Shown here: positions 41,037-49,443 of the stretch, piece after piece | How positions within the stretch are numbered: position 1 is the stretch's first letter | How the letters are laid out: every line of letters begins with the position of its first letter | Assembly: GCA_031367385.1 (NCBI GenBank) | Contig: JANLPS010000012.1 | Location: 1 to 51,828, forward strand | DNA length: 51,828 bases | DNA from: Archangium sp. | GTDB taxonomy: Bacteria; Myxococcota; Myxococcia; Myxococcales; Myxococcaceae | Reading direction: 5' to 3' | Position numbers and translations under genes: made by a program | The notes under the pieces: model-generated | Databases searched by the model: none | Told to the model about the DNA's origin: nothing | What the model saw: the letters and a program-made list of their open reading frames with translations, nothing else

Positions 41037-43361
41037 ATGACTTCGATTCGCAGCGCGCTGTGCTTGCTCGGAGCGGTTGGCCTGATCACCCCCGGTTGTG
41101 GGAGCGGCAAAGAGGTGGCCGCCACCGTATCGGCGACTCCCAGGAGCCAGCCGCTGGCATCGGCCGAGGAGATCATCGAACGGTCGCTGATGATCACCGA
41201 CCCGTCGGTGGTCGACTCGCCCGCGGCCTCATCGCGCCTCGACGACCCGAGCTCGACCGGTCTGGGCGTCTTCAGCTTCGCGCACATGATGCAGAGCCTC
41301 GCCGGGTCGCAGAACGCGAGCGCCTTCGCCGAGACGTTTCTGACCCAGCTCGCCACCCGGCAGGTGGTCAACGGGTTCGTCACCGAACCGACCTTGAGCG
41401 CCGTTCGCTCGGCGCCCGAGAACAACGAGCCGCTGACGGCGCTCAATCGCTGGTGCCGCACGTCTGATGGGCAGCTCGACCTCTCACGCGCGCCCTTTCG
41501 CCTGCTCGCCATCGTCAATCGCCCCGACTTACGCTCGAGCAGCGAAGACGTCGGTGAGCTGCGCTTCATCTACAGCTTGTTGCTCACCGACGACGCGTGT
41601 CAGACGAGCCAGTCGCCAGGGGTTCTGCCCGTCGTGCAGAGCGGCACCGGCGTCGCGGTCATCTTCGAATTCGCCCAGCCAGCGGCCAGTTGTTCAGCGG
41701 CCCATGCGCTCGCAGGCCAGTGGCAGGCGCTCGCTGATCTCGGCTTCGGCGCTGGGTACAACGCCGCGCTTCAAACCCTGACCGAAGGCGTGCTGGGCCT
41801 GCGCACCAGTGCTCGCCCGAATGGCAGTCAGCTGAACCACGTTCGAGTGAACAGCGGCAAGTCACCCTCGGAGTGGACGCTGCGCGAGTTCATGCTCGGC
41901 GGTCGCACTCCGAATTCGACCAATCAGAACCAGCTGCAGCTGGTCTCTCCGGCCGGGGCGCCTGACTTTTCGACGTTCAATGACTCGAGTGATCTCCGGG
42001 TGTTTATTTCGCAGAACCAGGCCTCGATCACGAACGGCACCTTCATGTTGAAAGCGACGCCTGACCTCTTCCAGGGCAAAGCCTTCGGAGGCGCCCAGTC
42101 CGGGCTCCTCGACCAGTGGAGCAACCAAGGCCTTCGCGACTCGACGTTCTCGTTCATGACCTGCGGCGGCTGCCACTCGCACCAAGCGAATGGCCCGCAT
42201 GTTGGCGTCAACGCCCCGTTCCCGGCGCTGGTCGGTCGAGACGTCGGCCAGCGCGCGCGTCTCTCGGCGTTCATGCTCAGCTTCGACGGCACCGATGGAG
42301 AGCTGCCCGCGCGGGTGAAGACGCTCCGCGAGATTGCCGACTCGCCGACGTGTGCCACGGTCGATGCGTTCACCGTTCTCTCGGCGAACGCTCCGCGAGA
42401 CGCGAGCCCCGGCGATGCGCTGGTGATCAACGCCATTTCGCGACCCGTCGCCGCAGAGGCGAGACAGCTGCGCTTGTACAGAGTGGGAGACTCCATCACC
42501 GCCACACCGATCAGCACCGTGAACATCGATGCGCCCGCGGGCCCGGAGTGGACCTTGTGCGCCGGCGAGGGGGGCACCTGCACGTTCTCGGGCACGAAGA
42601 CGGTCAGGTACGGTGCTGGTACGAGCTTCGTCACCCGCGTGGTGACCAGCGGCACCCCGTGCACCAACGCCGTCTTCGGAGACCCCATCTGGGGCGTCGT
42701 GAAGTCGTGCTGGTTCGATAGCAGCGTCGCGACACCGCCTCCCCCCACCGACAACTGGGTTGCGTGCGCCGGTGAGAACGAGTTCTGCGCGTTCTCGGGC
42801 ACCCGCCGGGTCAGATATGGCGCCGAGCCGAACTACTCGATTCTCACCATCACCAATGGCACCGCGTGCACCAACGGCGTCTTCGGAGACCCCATCTGGG
42901 GCATCGTGAAGTCATGCTGGTTCGAAGGCGACGTCGCGCTCAGCGGCACGCAGCTGGTCACGTTGAGCCTTCAAGTGCCCTCGGCCCCAGGCTCATACGA
43001 GGTGCGCAGCTACGCGGGGTCGACCCTCACCGCGACGAGTCGGCCCGTCAACGTCGACGTCAACCACCGCTTTGGTCTCGGTTCATCGACGTTCGTGTCG
43101 GCGGCGAGCGCGCTCTCGGTGTTTTGGTCGGCGCCTACCGACCACAGCCCAAACGACACGATCGGCGTTTATGCACAGAACGCCGACAACGGCTCGCCGA
43201 TCAACACCGTCGTCACCGGAGCGGGGACCGGGACCGACAACCTCACCGTCAACGCCCTCGTGACGCTCACGATGCCCAATCAGCCCGGCCTCTACGAGCT
43301 CCGCATGTTCCGAGCGCCTTCGAACGTGCTCGTCGCGACCGAGCTCGTCACCGTGCACTGA
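41037..43361 (+). CDS. Large lipoprotein with a CxxCH heme motif, two Cys-rich modules and Ig-like domains
   Basis: Lipobox TPGC; APFRLLAIVNRPDL; TCGGCH; duplicated W..CAGE...C.FSGT..VRYGA...CTN.VFGDPIWG.VKSCWF. Confidence 0.8.
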   Translation: MTSIRSALCLLGAVGLITPGCGSGKEVAATVSATPRSQPLASAEEIIERSLMITDPSVVDSPAASSRLDDPSSTGLGVFSFAHMMQSLAGSQNASAFAETFLTQLATRQVVNGFVTEPTLSAVRSAPENNEPLTALNRWCRTSDGQLDLSRAPFRLLAIVNRPDLRSSSEDVGELRFIYSLLLTDDACQTSQSPGVLPVVQSGTGVAVIFEFAQPAASCSAAHALAGQWQALADLGFGAGYNAALQTLTEGVLGLRTSARPNGSQLNHVRVNSGKSPSEWTLREFMLGGRTPNSTNQNQLQLVSPAGAPDFSTFNDSSDLRVFISQNQASITNGTFMLKATPDLFQGKAFGGAQSGLLDQWSNQGLRDSTFSFMTCGGCHSHQANGPHVGVNAPFPALVGRDVGQRARLSAFMLSFDGTDGELPARVKTLREIADSPTCATVDAFTVLSANAPRDASPGDALVINAISRPVAAEARQLRLYRVGDSITATPISTVNIDAPAGPEWTLCAGEGGTCTFSGTKTVRYGAGTSFVTRVVTSGTPCTNAVFGDPIWGVVKSCWFDSSVATPPPPTDNWVACAGENEFCAFSGTRRVRYGAEPNYSILTITNGTACTNGVFGDPIWGIVKSCWFEGDVALSGTQLVTLSLQVPSAPGSYEVRSYAGSTLTATSRPVNVDVNHRFGLGSSTFVSAASALSVFWSAPTDHSPNDTIGVYAQNADNGSPINTVVTGAGTGTDNLTVNALVTLTMPNQPGLYELRMFRAPSNVLVATELVTVH
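42549..42923 (+). repeat. Two direct repeats of a ~56-codon Cys-rich module (42549-42716 and 42756-42923)
   Basis: Clear DNA and protein similarity, 207-bp spacing. Confidence 0.85.
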
Positions 43362-43400
43362 CGCTCCGGAGCACCAAGCCCACCAAAGTCGGCAGCTCCG

Positions 43401-44165
43401 TTAGTCGCACTTCACCGAGTGCGCAAAGGCTGGCACCCTCGCCGGGGCTGAAATCAATTTGGCCTGGAGCAAGCTCAAGGCGGTCACCGGGTCGTCGACG
43501 AAGGTCACCAACGCCAGGTCTTCGGCGCTGATCATGCCGTGCCGCACCAGCGCGTCGAAGTTGATGATCTCTTTCCAGTAGCTCGAGCCGTACAAAAAGA
43601 TTGGCATCTGCACATCGAGCTTACCGGTCTGTTGGAGCGTCAGAAGCTCGGTCAACTCATCGAGCGTGCCGAACCCCCCGGGAAAGACGACGAGCGCGCG
43701 GGCCAGGTGCGCGAACCACAGCTTGCGCATGAAGAAGTAGTGAAACTGAAACGACAGCTGCGGCGTGATGAATGGGTTTGGCCGCTGCTCGTGCGGCAAC
43801 CCGATATTCAACCCGACCGAGCGCCCCCCTGCGTCGGAGGCACCGCGATTGGCCGCCTCCATGATGCCGCCGCCGCCACCCGAGCAAATGACGTAGCGCC
43901 GGGCCTCGGTCGGCAAGCTCAGTGACCACTGGGTAATCAGCCGCGCGAGCTCTCGGGCCTCGGCGTAGTAGCGGCCGAGCGGGCCGTCGGCCTCGAGCCT
44001 GGCCGAGCCAAAGAAGACGATCGTGTCTTGCACGTTCTGGGTCTCGAACGCCTTCAGCGGCTCGAGGTACTCGGCCAGAATGCGCAACGGCCTCGCCTCT
44101 TCGCTGTCGATGAAGACGGGGTTCTTGTACGCGACTGGGCGTTGGGTTGGTGCGCTCGGGCTCAT
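43401..44165 (-). CDS. LOG family (TIGR00730) nucleotide phosphoribohydrolase
   Basis: FFGSAR, GGGGGIMEAANRGA, FFMRK and PGGFGTLDE motifs. Confidence 0.92.
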   Translation of the reverse strand: MSPSAPTQRPVAYKNPVFIDSEEARPLRILAEYLEPLKAFETQNVQDTIVFFGSARLEADGPLGRYYAEARELARLITQWSLSLPTEARRYVICSGGGGGIMEAANRGASDAGGRSVGLNIGLPHEQRPNPFITPQLSFQFHYFFMRKLWFAHLARALVVFPGGFGTLDELTELLTLQQTGKLDVQMPIFLYGSSYWKEIINFDALVRHGMISAEDLALVTFVDDPVTALSLLQAKLISAPARVPAFAHSVKCD

Positions 44166-45649
44166 CGCGGCGCTCCGCTGGTGACCCGCACGAAGTCGAT
44201 GAAGCCGCGCTCGATGTCGACGCCCTTGAGCTCGACGCGCACCGAGTCGCCGACTCGCAGGTGCTCGAAGCCGCTGACGAGCTTGCCCTCAGCGTGCGGG
44301 TGCATGATGCGCACCCAGGTACCTTTGGCCGAGGCGCCGGTGACGATGCCGTCGAAGCGCTCGCCACGTCGCGAGCTCAAGATCATCGCCGAGGCCGACT
44401 TCTGAGCCAAGCGCTCGACCTTGGTGGCGTTGTCTTCTTGCGCGGTGCAGTGCCGGGCCAATTCAAGCAGCTCGGAGTTGCTGTAGGGCGTGGGTTCGCC
44501 CGCCAAGGCCGCTTTGACCAAACGCTGCGTCACCAGATCGGGGAAGCGCCGGTTCGGTGCAGTGGAGTGGGTGTAGTCTTTGACGGCCAGCCCGAAGTGC
44601 CCTTCAACCGGCAGCCCCGGCACCTCGACTGCGTATTCTCCGCGGCCAAGCAACTTCACGATCGCCAGCGAGAGATCGGCGAAGTGAGCCGGGTCGACCT
44701 CGCGGCGCTTGAGCAAGAACGCCGACAGCGCGCCTGCATCTGGGCCGGGGGGCAAGCGCTCTTCGACCTCGGCGGCCAGCTCAACGATTCGGGCCCACCG
44801 CTCGGGTGAGCGGAGCACCCGGCGAATCGAGGCGAAGCCTTTGATGGCCAGAAGGCGGGCGGTCACTCCGTTGGCGCCCACCATGAACTCTTCGATCAGC
44901 GTGGTCGCGCGGTTCTTGGTCTTGGTCGACACGTCGGTCAGCGCATCGCCTGAGAACTCGGCCTTGGCTTCGAGGGTCTCGAGGCTGAGCGCGCCTTGGG
45001 TATGCCGAAAGGCACTCATGGCGTGGGCGGCGGTGTCTTGCACCCGGAGCTGCTGGGCCAGCCCTGGCACCTGGGCGATGCGTGCTGGCTCGGGGCCGGT
45101 GCCATCGAGCCATGCCGCGACGGCGTTGTACGCAAGCTTCGCGTGGTTGTGCACCAACGCCCGGCTGACCTCGTCTGTTCTCACCTGGCCATCGGCGCTC
45201 ACCGTCATGTCGATGACCACCGCGAGCCGGTCTTGGTCTTCGCCCAATGAGGTCAGGTCGGTCGACAGCCGCTCGGGCAACATCGAGAAGACCTCGGCCG
45301 GGGTGTACACCGAGGTGGTGTTGGCCCGTGCGTGGTCATCGACCGGCGAGCCCTTCTTCACCAGGGCATCGACGTCGGCGATGGCGACCAGAACCCTGAT
45401 CGCACCGCCCTGGGCTGGTATCGAGACCGTCAGCTGATCGAGATCGCGCGAATCATCGTTGTCGATGGAGCACCAGAGCAACGAGCGCAGATCGGCCACC
45501 GCGGGGCCCACCTCGGTCGCCGGCCCAGCGATGGCATTGACCTGGTTGAGCTCGGCGGCTGAGAACTCGGGCAGAAGCCCTCGCTGAATCATCGTCTTCT
45601 CGGCAATGCGCTTCAGCAGGCTCTTCGACCCAGCAGCGGAGCTCGTCAT
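44162..45649 (-). CDS. RNB-domain exoribonuclease (RNase II/R family, short form)
   Basis: SIDNDDSRDLDQ, VAIADV, LIEEFM, HFGL, YTHSTAPNRRFPDL and C-terminal S1-like motifs. Confidence 0.92.
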   Translation of the reverse strand: MTSSAAGSKSLLKRIAEKTMIQRGLLPEFSAAELNQVNAIAGPATEVGPAVADLRSLLWCSIDNDDSRDLDQLTVSIPAQGGAIRVLVAIADVDALVKKGSPVDDHARANTTSVYTPAEVFSMLPERLSTDLTSLGEDQDRLAVVIDMTVSADGQVRTDEVSRALVHNHAKLAYNAVAAWLDGTGPEPARIAQVPGLAQQLRVQDTAAHAMSAFRHTQGALSLETLEAKAEFSGDALTDVSTKTKNRATTLIEEFMVGANGVTARLLAIKGFASIRRVLRSPERWARIVELAAEVEERLPPGPDAGALSAFLLKRREVDPAHFADLSLAIVKLLGRGEYAVEVPGLPVEGHFGLAVKDYTHSTAPNRRFPDLVTQRLVKAALAGEPTPYSNSELLELARHCTAQEDNATKVERLAQKSASAMILSSRRGERFDGIVTGASAKGTWVRIMHPHAEGKLVSGFEHLRVGDSVRVELKGVDIERGFIDFVRVTSGAPR

Positions 45650-45796
45650 GCGACGGCTATAGCCCGAAGAACGCCGCCCTGACGCGTTGCTTCAGGGTTC
45701 GAGCTCCGGCACGTCGTCGCTGGGCGCACGGTCTGCTCTCCCTGAGCACCTTTCGCGGCGATCGGTCGAGAATGCCACATCACGATGAGGTGCCTC

Positions 45797-46126
45797 ATGA
45801 ATCCCGTCAGGTCGCGCAGTCTCAAATCGCTCACACCCTCGCCCATTCGTCGCCCCGCGCCCGAAACCGTCACGGCGAAGGCGCTCGAAGATGCCTTTTT
45901 CAAGGCCTTGAAGACACCGTCCAAACCGCCGAACGTGGCGAAGGTACGGGCCGCCGTGCCCATCACGGGGCTGCGCCATGTGCACACGATGGGGCGGCAC
46001 CCGTACGGGTACACCGACTTCTATTTCGTCAAGCCCGGTCAGGTCGCGGTTCGAGATACCCCGATCGATGGCGGCAAGAGCACGTGGTACTCGTGGAAGA
46101 CCAGGCTCACGACCCAGGGGCCGTGA
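45797..46126 (+). CDS. Small basic hypothetical protein
   Basis: GAGGTG RBS before ATG 45797; fills the gap between RNB and LysR. Confidence 0.6.
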   Translation: MNPVRSRSLKSLTPSPIRRPAPETVTAKALEDAFFKALKTPSKPPNVAKVRAAVPITGLRHVHTMGRHPYGYTDFYFVKPGQVAVRDTPIDGGKSTWYSWKTRLTTQGP

Positions 46127-46165
46127 CGCCCAACGCCTGAGCTGAATGTGCGCTTCGGCGCTCCG

Positions 46166-47041
46166 TCACTGCAGCGGGCGGCCGCGCAATTCTTCGGCCA
46201 GCTTCAACATCTCGTGCCCTCTGGGGTGATCGCGCCGCCACACCAGGCGAAAGCTGTCTGAACGAAGCGACACTCTCGGGAGCAGCCGAACCAGCCGATT
46301 CGCCTTGAGGTCATCGCGAACGAAATACTTCGGTAACACGGCGACCCGGCCCTCTCCATCGAGCAGTCGACGGCGAATATTACCGATGCCTCCCATGTAC
46401 TCGACCCTGGCGAATGGCCACGGCTCAGCGTCTGGCTGGGCATCGAGAAAGTAGCGAAAGAGCGGCAGGTCGCGTGTCACGTCGACCAGGATGTGACGGC
46501 TTGCGTCCTCGCGCCGGCGGAGCCCCGGCTTGGCCGAGACGAAGACGTAGGCCTCCGGGTGCAGGGCGGCGTACACCACGTTCGTCGAGGTCAACCGCAT
46601 GCTGGCGATGACCGCGTCGAGGTCTCCGCGCTCGAGTCTCGAGAGCAGGTCGGGCGTGTCTCCATTGAAGAGGTGCAGCGTGCGCTCTGGGCGTGCGCGC
46701 TCGAGCACTTTGAGCGCCGGGCAGAGCCATGACACCCCAAGCTCGTACCGCGTACCGATGTCGAGCTCGAAGGGAGTCGCCCGCTCGGGCTCGCGCACGA
46801 CCGCCTTGAGCCTGGCCTCAGCCTCGAGGAGCTCGCGCGCCAGTGGGAGGAGCCTGCGTCCGATTTCGGTCAGCTCCATCTGGCGGGTCGTGCGCTCGAA
46901 GAGCGCAGCGCCGAGCTCGGCCTCGAGGCGCTGTATGCGATCAGAAAACGCCGCAGGAGACAGATACACCCGGCTGGCGGCCGCGCGGAAGTTCAAGGTG
47001 GCTCCCGCGACGTCGAAGCATCGGAGCGAGATCATGTCCAT
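46166..47041 (-). CDS. LysR family transcriptional regulator
   Basis: LNFRAAASRVYLSPAAFSDRIQRLEAELGAALFERTTR HTH plus substrate-binding domain. Confidence 0.93.
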   Translation of the reverse strand: MDMISLRCFDVAGATLNFRAAASRVYLSPAAFSDRIQRLEAELGAALFERTTRQMELTEIGRRLLPLARELLEAEARLKAVVREPERATPFELDIGTRYELGVSWLCPALKVLERARPERTLHLFNGDTPDLLSRLERGDLDAVIASMRLTSTNVVYAALHPEAYVFVSAKPGLRRREDASRHILVDVTRDLPLFRYFLDAQPDAEPWPFARVEYMGGIGNIRRRLLDGEGRVAVLPKYFVRDDLKANRLVRLLPRVSLRSDSFRLVWRRDHPRGHEMLKLAEELRGRPLQ

Positions 47042-47149
47042 TCGGCGATTATACGCACAATCTGAATAAGCACGTTCTGATAATCCCGATTTACAGTTCA
47101 GCGAGCCACGTGCTCGATTCTGCGCCGGGCCGGAAGAACGGGAGTTACA
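47042..47149. promoter_or_regulatory. Divergent promoter region, probable LysR control site
   Basis: AT-rich 108-bp gap between the divergent lysR and lipoprotein genes; GGAG RBS; exact operator not resolved. Confidence 0.45.
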
Positions 47150-47716
47150 ATGGAATCAAGCAACAAGAAGCGAATGCGGCGCGGTGGCATGGTACTGGCG
47201 CTGGGTTTGAGTGGTTGCGGGGTTGGGCCCACTGCGGTGAGCCCCAAGGCACTGGCGCCCCGCGGTGACCGGTCTGGGCTCCAGGCCTCGGTGAAGCTGA
47301 GCCTCGAGCGGCTCAGCGCGCTCCAGCTCTTCACCGTTGACCGACTGGTGATGAAGCTGCCCGACAACGCGATGGACTGTTACGGCGTGCCGTGCCCTGG
47401 TGACGCCCGGCTCGACGCCGCGTACGACGCAGAGCTCGCGCGCCAGGCCGGGCGGTTAGCGACGCTCGTTGAACAAGCCCAAGAGTGCAACAGCGGCAAC
47501 TGCTACATCTACACCTCGCCGTCTGCTGAGCAGACGGTGCGGGCGCTCAACGCGCTCGAAGTCGTTCAGGTCGGCGCCATGGTGACCGCGGAGCCTCAGA
47601 ACAACCCCAGCTGCTACAACCTGCCCTGTCAGGCTGACATCGAGGCGGCGCGGCACGAGAACGAGCGACGCGCGACGCTCGGGCTCACCATCGCGACGTA
47701 CGCCAAGGGCCTGTAG
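47150..47716 (+). CDS. Lipoprotein with internal duplication and CYxxPC motifs; putative MNIO substrate
   Basis: Lipobox LSGC; CYGVPC, CNSGNC and CYNLPC; ends 3 bp before the DUF692 gene. Confidence 0.8.
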   Translation: MESSNKKRMRRGGMVLALGLSGCGVGPTAVSPKALAPRGDRSGLQASVKLSLERLSALQLFTVDRLVMKLPDNAMDCYGVPCPGDARLDAAYDAELARQAGRLATLVEQAQECNSGNCYIYTSPSAEQTVRALNALEVVQVGAMVTAEPQNNPSCYNLPCQADIEAARHENERRATLGLTIATYAKGL

Positions 47717-47719
47717 CCC

Positions 47720-49369
47720 GTGGCGGTCCGTTTCCCACGGCGGGGGCAGAAGGGGCTCGGCGTCGGCCTCGACCTGCCGTGGGACGGAAAGACCGGCTTC
47801 GGCACTTCTCAGCGAGGTGACCTGCTGGCCCCGGGGCCTCGCGCCTTCCTGAAGAACGGGGCCGCGCGATGGGCCCATGTCTTTTTCTCGTGGCAGCCGC
47901 GCGACCGTTCGCCTCCTCGCATCGAGGAGTACCTGCCAGCCTGGGATGACCTCTTCTCAGTCGTGCCAGACCACGTGACCCGCGCGCTTCATCACACCGC
48001 GCTCAACCTGGCCTCCCTCGGGCCCTACGAGCGCGACGACCTGCTCGCCTTCACCCGCGCGCTCTGCGAGCGCTACCGACTGGAGTGGGTGAACGAAGAC
48101 GTCGGCTTTTGGTCTCTGGGCGGCCGAGCCGTGCCGTACCCGCTGCCTCCTTTGCTCAGCGACGAGGGGTTGCGCGCCACCATCGACAACGTGCTCGAGT
48201 GCCAGGCGCAGCTCCCCGTGCCGCTGGTCATCGAGTTTCCCGGGTTTTCACTGGGCGCCAGCGTGGTCGTCGGTGAAATGCATGCATATGACTTTTTTCG
48301 CGACCTCGCTGAAGCGACCAATGCACCGGTCACGCTCGACGTCGGTCACCTGCTCTCGTGGCAATGGTGGCGCGGGGGTCGCGGTGAGGCATTGCTCGCG
48401 GAGCTCGAGCGACTCCCCCTCGACCATTGTTTCGAGCTGCACCTCTCGGGCTGCGAGATCTCGGGCGAAAGGTTCATCGATGCGCACCATGGGCGCTTGC
48501 TCGACGAGCAGCTCGAGCTCGCTCAACAGCTGATGAGCCGTTGCCCCAACTTGAGAGCGATCACCTATGAAGACCCCCGCTTCGACGAACGAGGGGCACT
48601 GGTCGAGAACAACCGCTCGTCGTGGGAGCGGCTGCAACGGCTCACCGCGGACTGGGAAGGCGAGACGGGCGCGCCGCAGGCGTCGAGCCTGACCCGGGCG
48701 CCGTGCTCGAGGCCCGACCTGAGGTGGGGCGCGGGGGTTGAGGCAGACCTTGGCGACGCCTTGTTCGGCGCAGTGACCGAGCCGTCGTTCGACGGGGTGC
48801 AGGTTGAAGCCGAAGCGATGAGTGTGGTGCGCACGATGGTGCTCGAGCGGCGCTACCGAGGCACCGGTGGCCTGCGCGAGTGGTACCCGGGAACGGTGGC
48901 CGCCTGGCTCGAGCGCCACCCCGACGACGCATCACTCCAGCTGATGGCAGCGCGGTTTTGTGCCTCGACTGCCGGCTCGTCATGGCGAGAGCACTCGAAC
49001 GCCCAGCTCGGCCTCTCGCTCGAAGAGGCGCTCTTCTGCTTTTTCGAGAGCGAGGGCGTTGGCGATGCGGCGGTGCGTGAAGAGGAGATGCTCGGGGCTG
49101 TCGTACGCGCCCTGGCGGTGGCTCCGCGCGCGAGCTTCACTTGGCCGGCTCAAGTGCGGGCGACCAAGACGGGCTGCGTCGCCCTCAGCGGCAGATTGGT
49201 GATGCACGCATCAACCGCAGGGCAGTACGTGCGAGGAGAGGTCACCCCGCTGATTGCCACCCTGCTTCAGGGAGTCAGCGTTGGAGAAGCCGCCGCGCGT
49301 TTCGAGGCTCCTTTCGGCGAGGTCGGCCAGGTTCACGCGCAGCTGCAGGCCCTGGGCTTCATCACGTGA
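47720..49369 (+). CDS. DUF692/MNIO-family enzyme fused to a DUF2063/RRE-like C-terminal region
   Basis: GLGVGL start; WVNED, LPPL, PLVIEFP, TLDVGHL, ELHLSG, IDAH and ITYE motifs in DUF692 order; ~240-aa extension. Confidence 0.8.
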   Translation: MAVRFPRRGQKGLGVGLDLPWDGKTGFGTSQRGDLLAPGPRAFLKNGAARWAHVFFSWQPRDRSPPRIEEYLPAWDDLFSVVPDHVTRALHHTALNLASLGPYERDDLLAFTRALCERYRLEWVNEDVGFWSLGGRAVPYPLPPLLSDEGLRATIDNVLECQAQLPVPLVIEFPGFSLGASVVVGEMHAYDFFRDLAEATNAPVTLDVGHLLSWQWWRGGRGEALLAELERLPLDHCFELHLSGCEISGERFIDAHHGRLLDEQLELAQQLMSRCPNLRAITYEDPRFDERGALVENNRSSWERLQRLTADWEGETGAPQASSLTRAPCSRPDLRWGAGVEADLGDALFGAVTEPSFDGVQVEAEAMSVVRTMVLERRYRGTGGLREWYPGTVAAWLERHPDDASLQLMAARFCASTAGSSWREHSNAQLGLSLEEALFCFFESEGVGDAAVREEEMLGAVVRALAVAPRASFTWPAQVRATKTGCVALSGRLVMHASTAGQYVRGEVTPLIATLLQGVSVGEAAARFEAPFGEVGQVHAQLQALGFIT

Positions 49370-49443
49370 GCTCGCGAGTGGCGCATGGTGGCGCCGACGC
49401 ACACCCGGCGAAGACAAGGCAAAAGCCTCACCAGAAGGCATGA

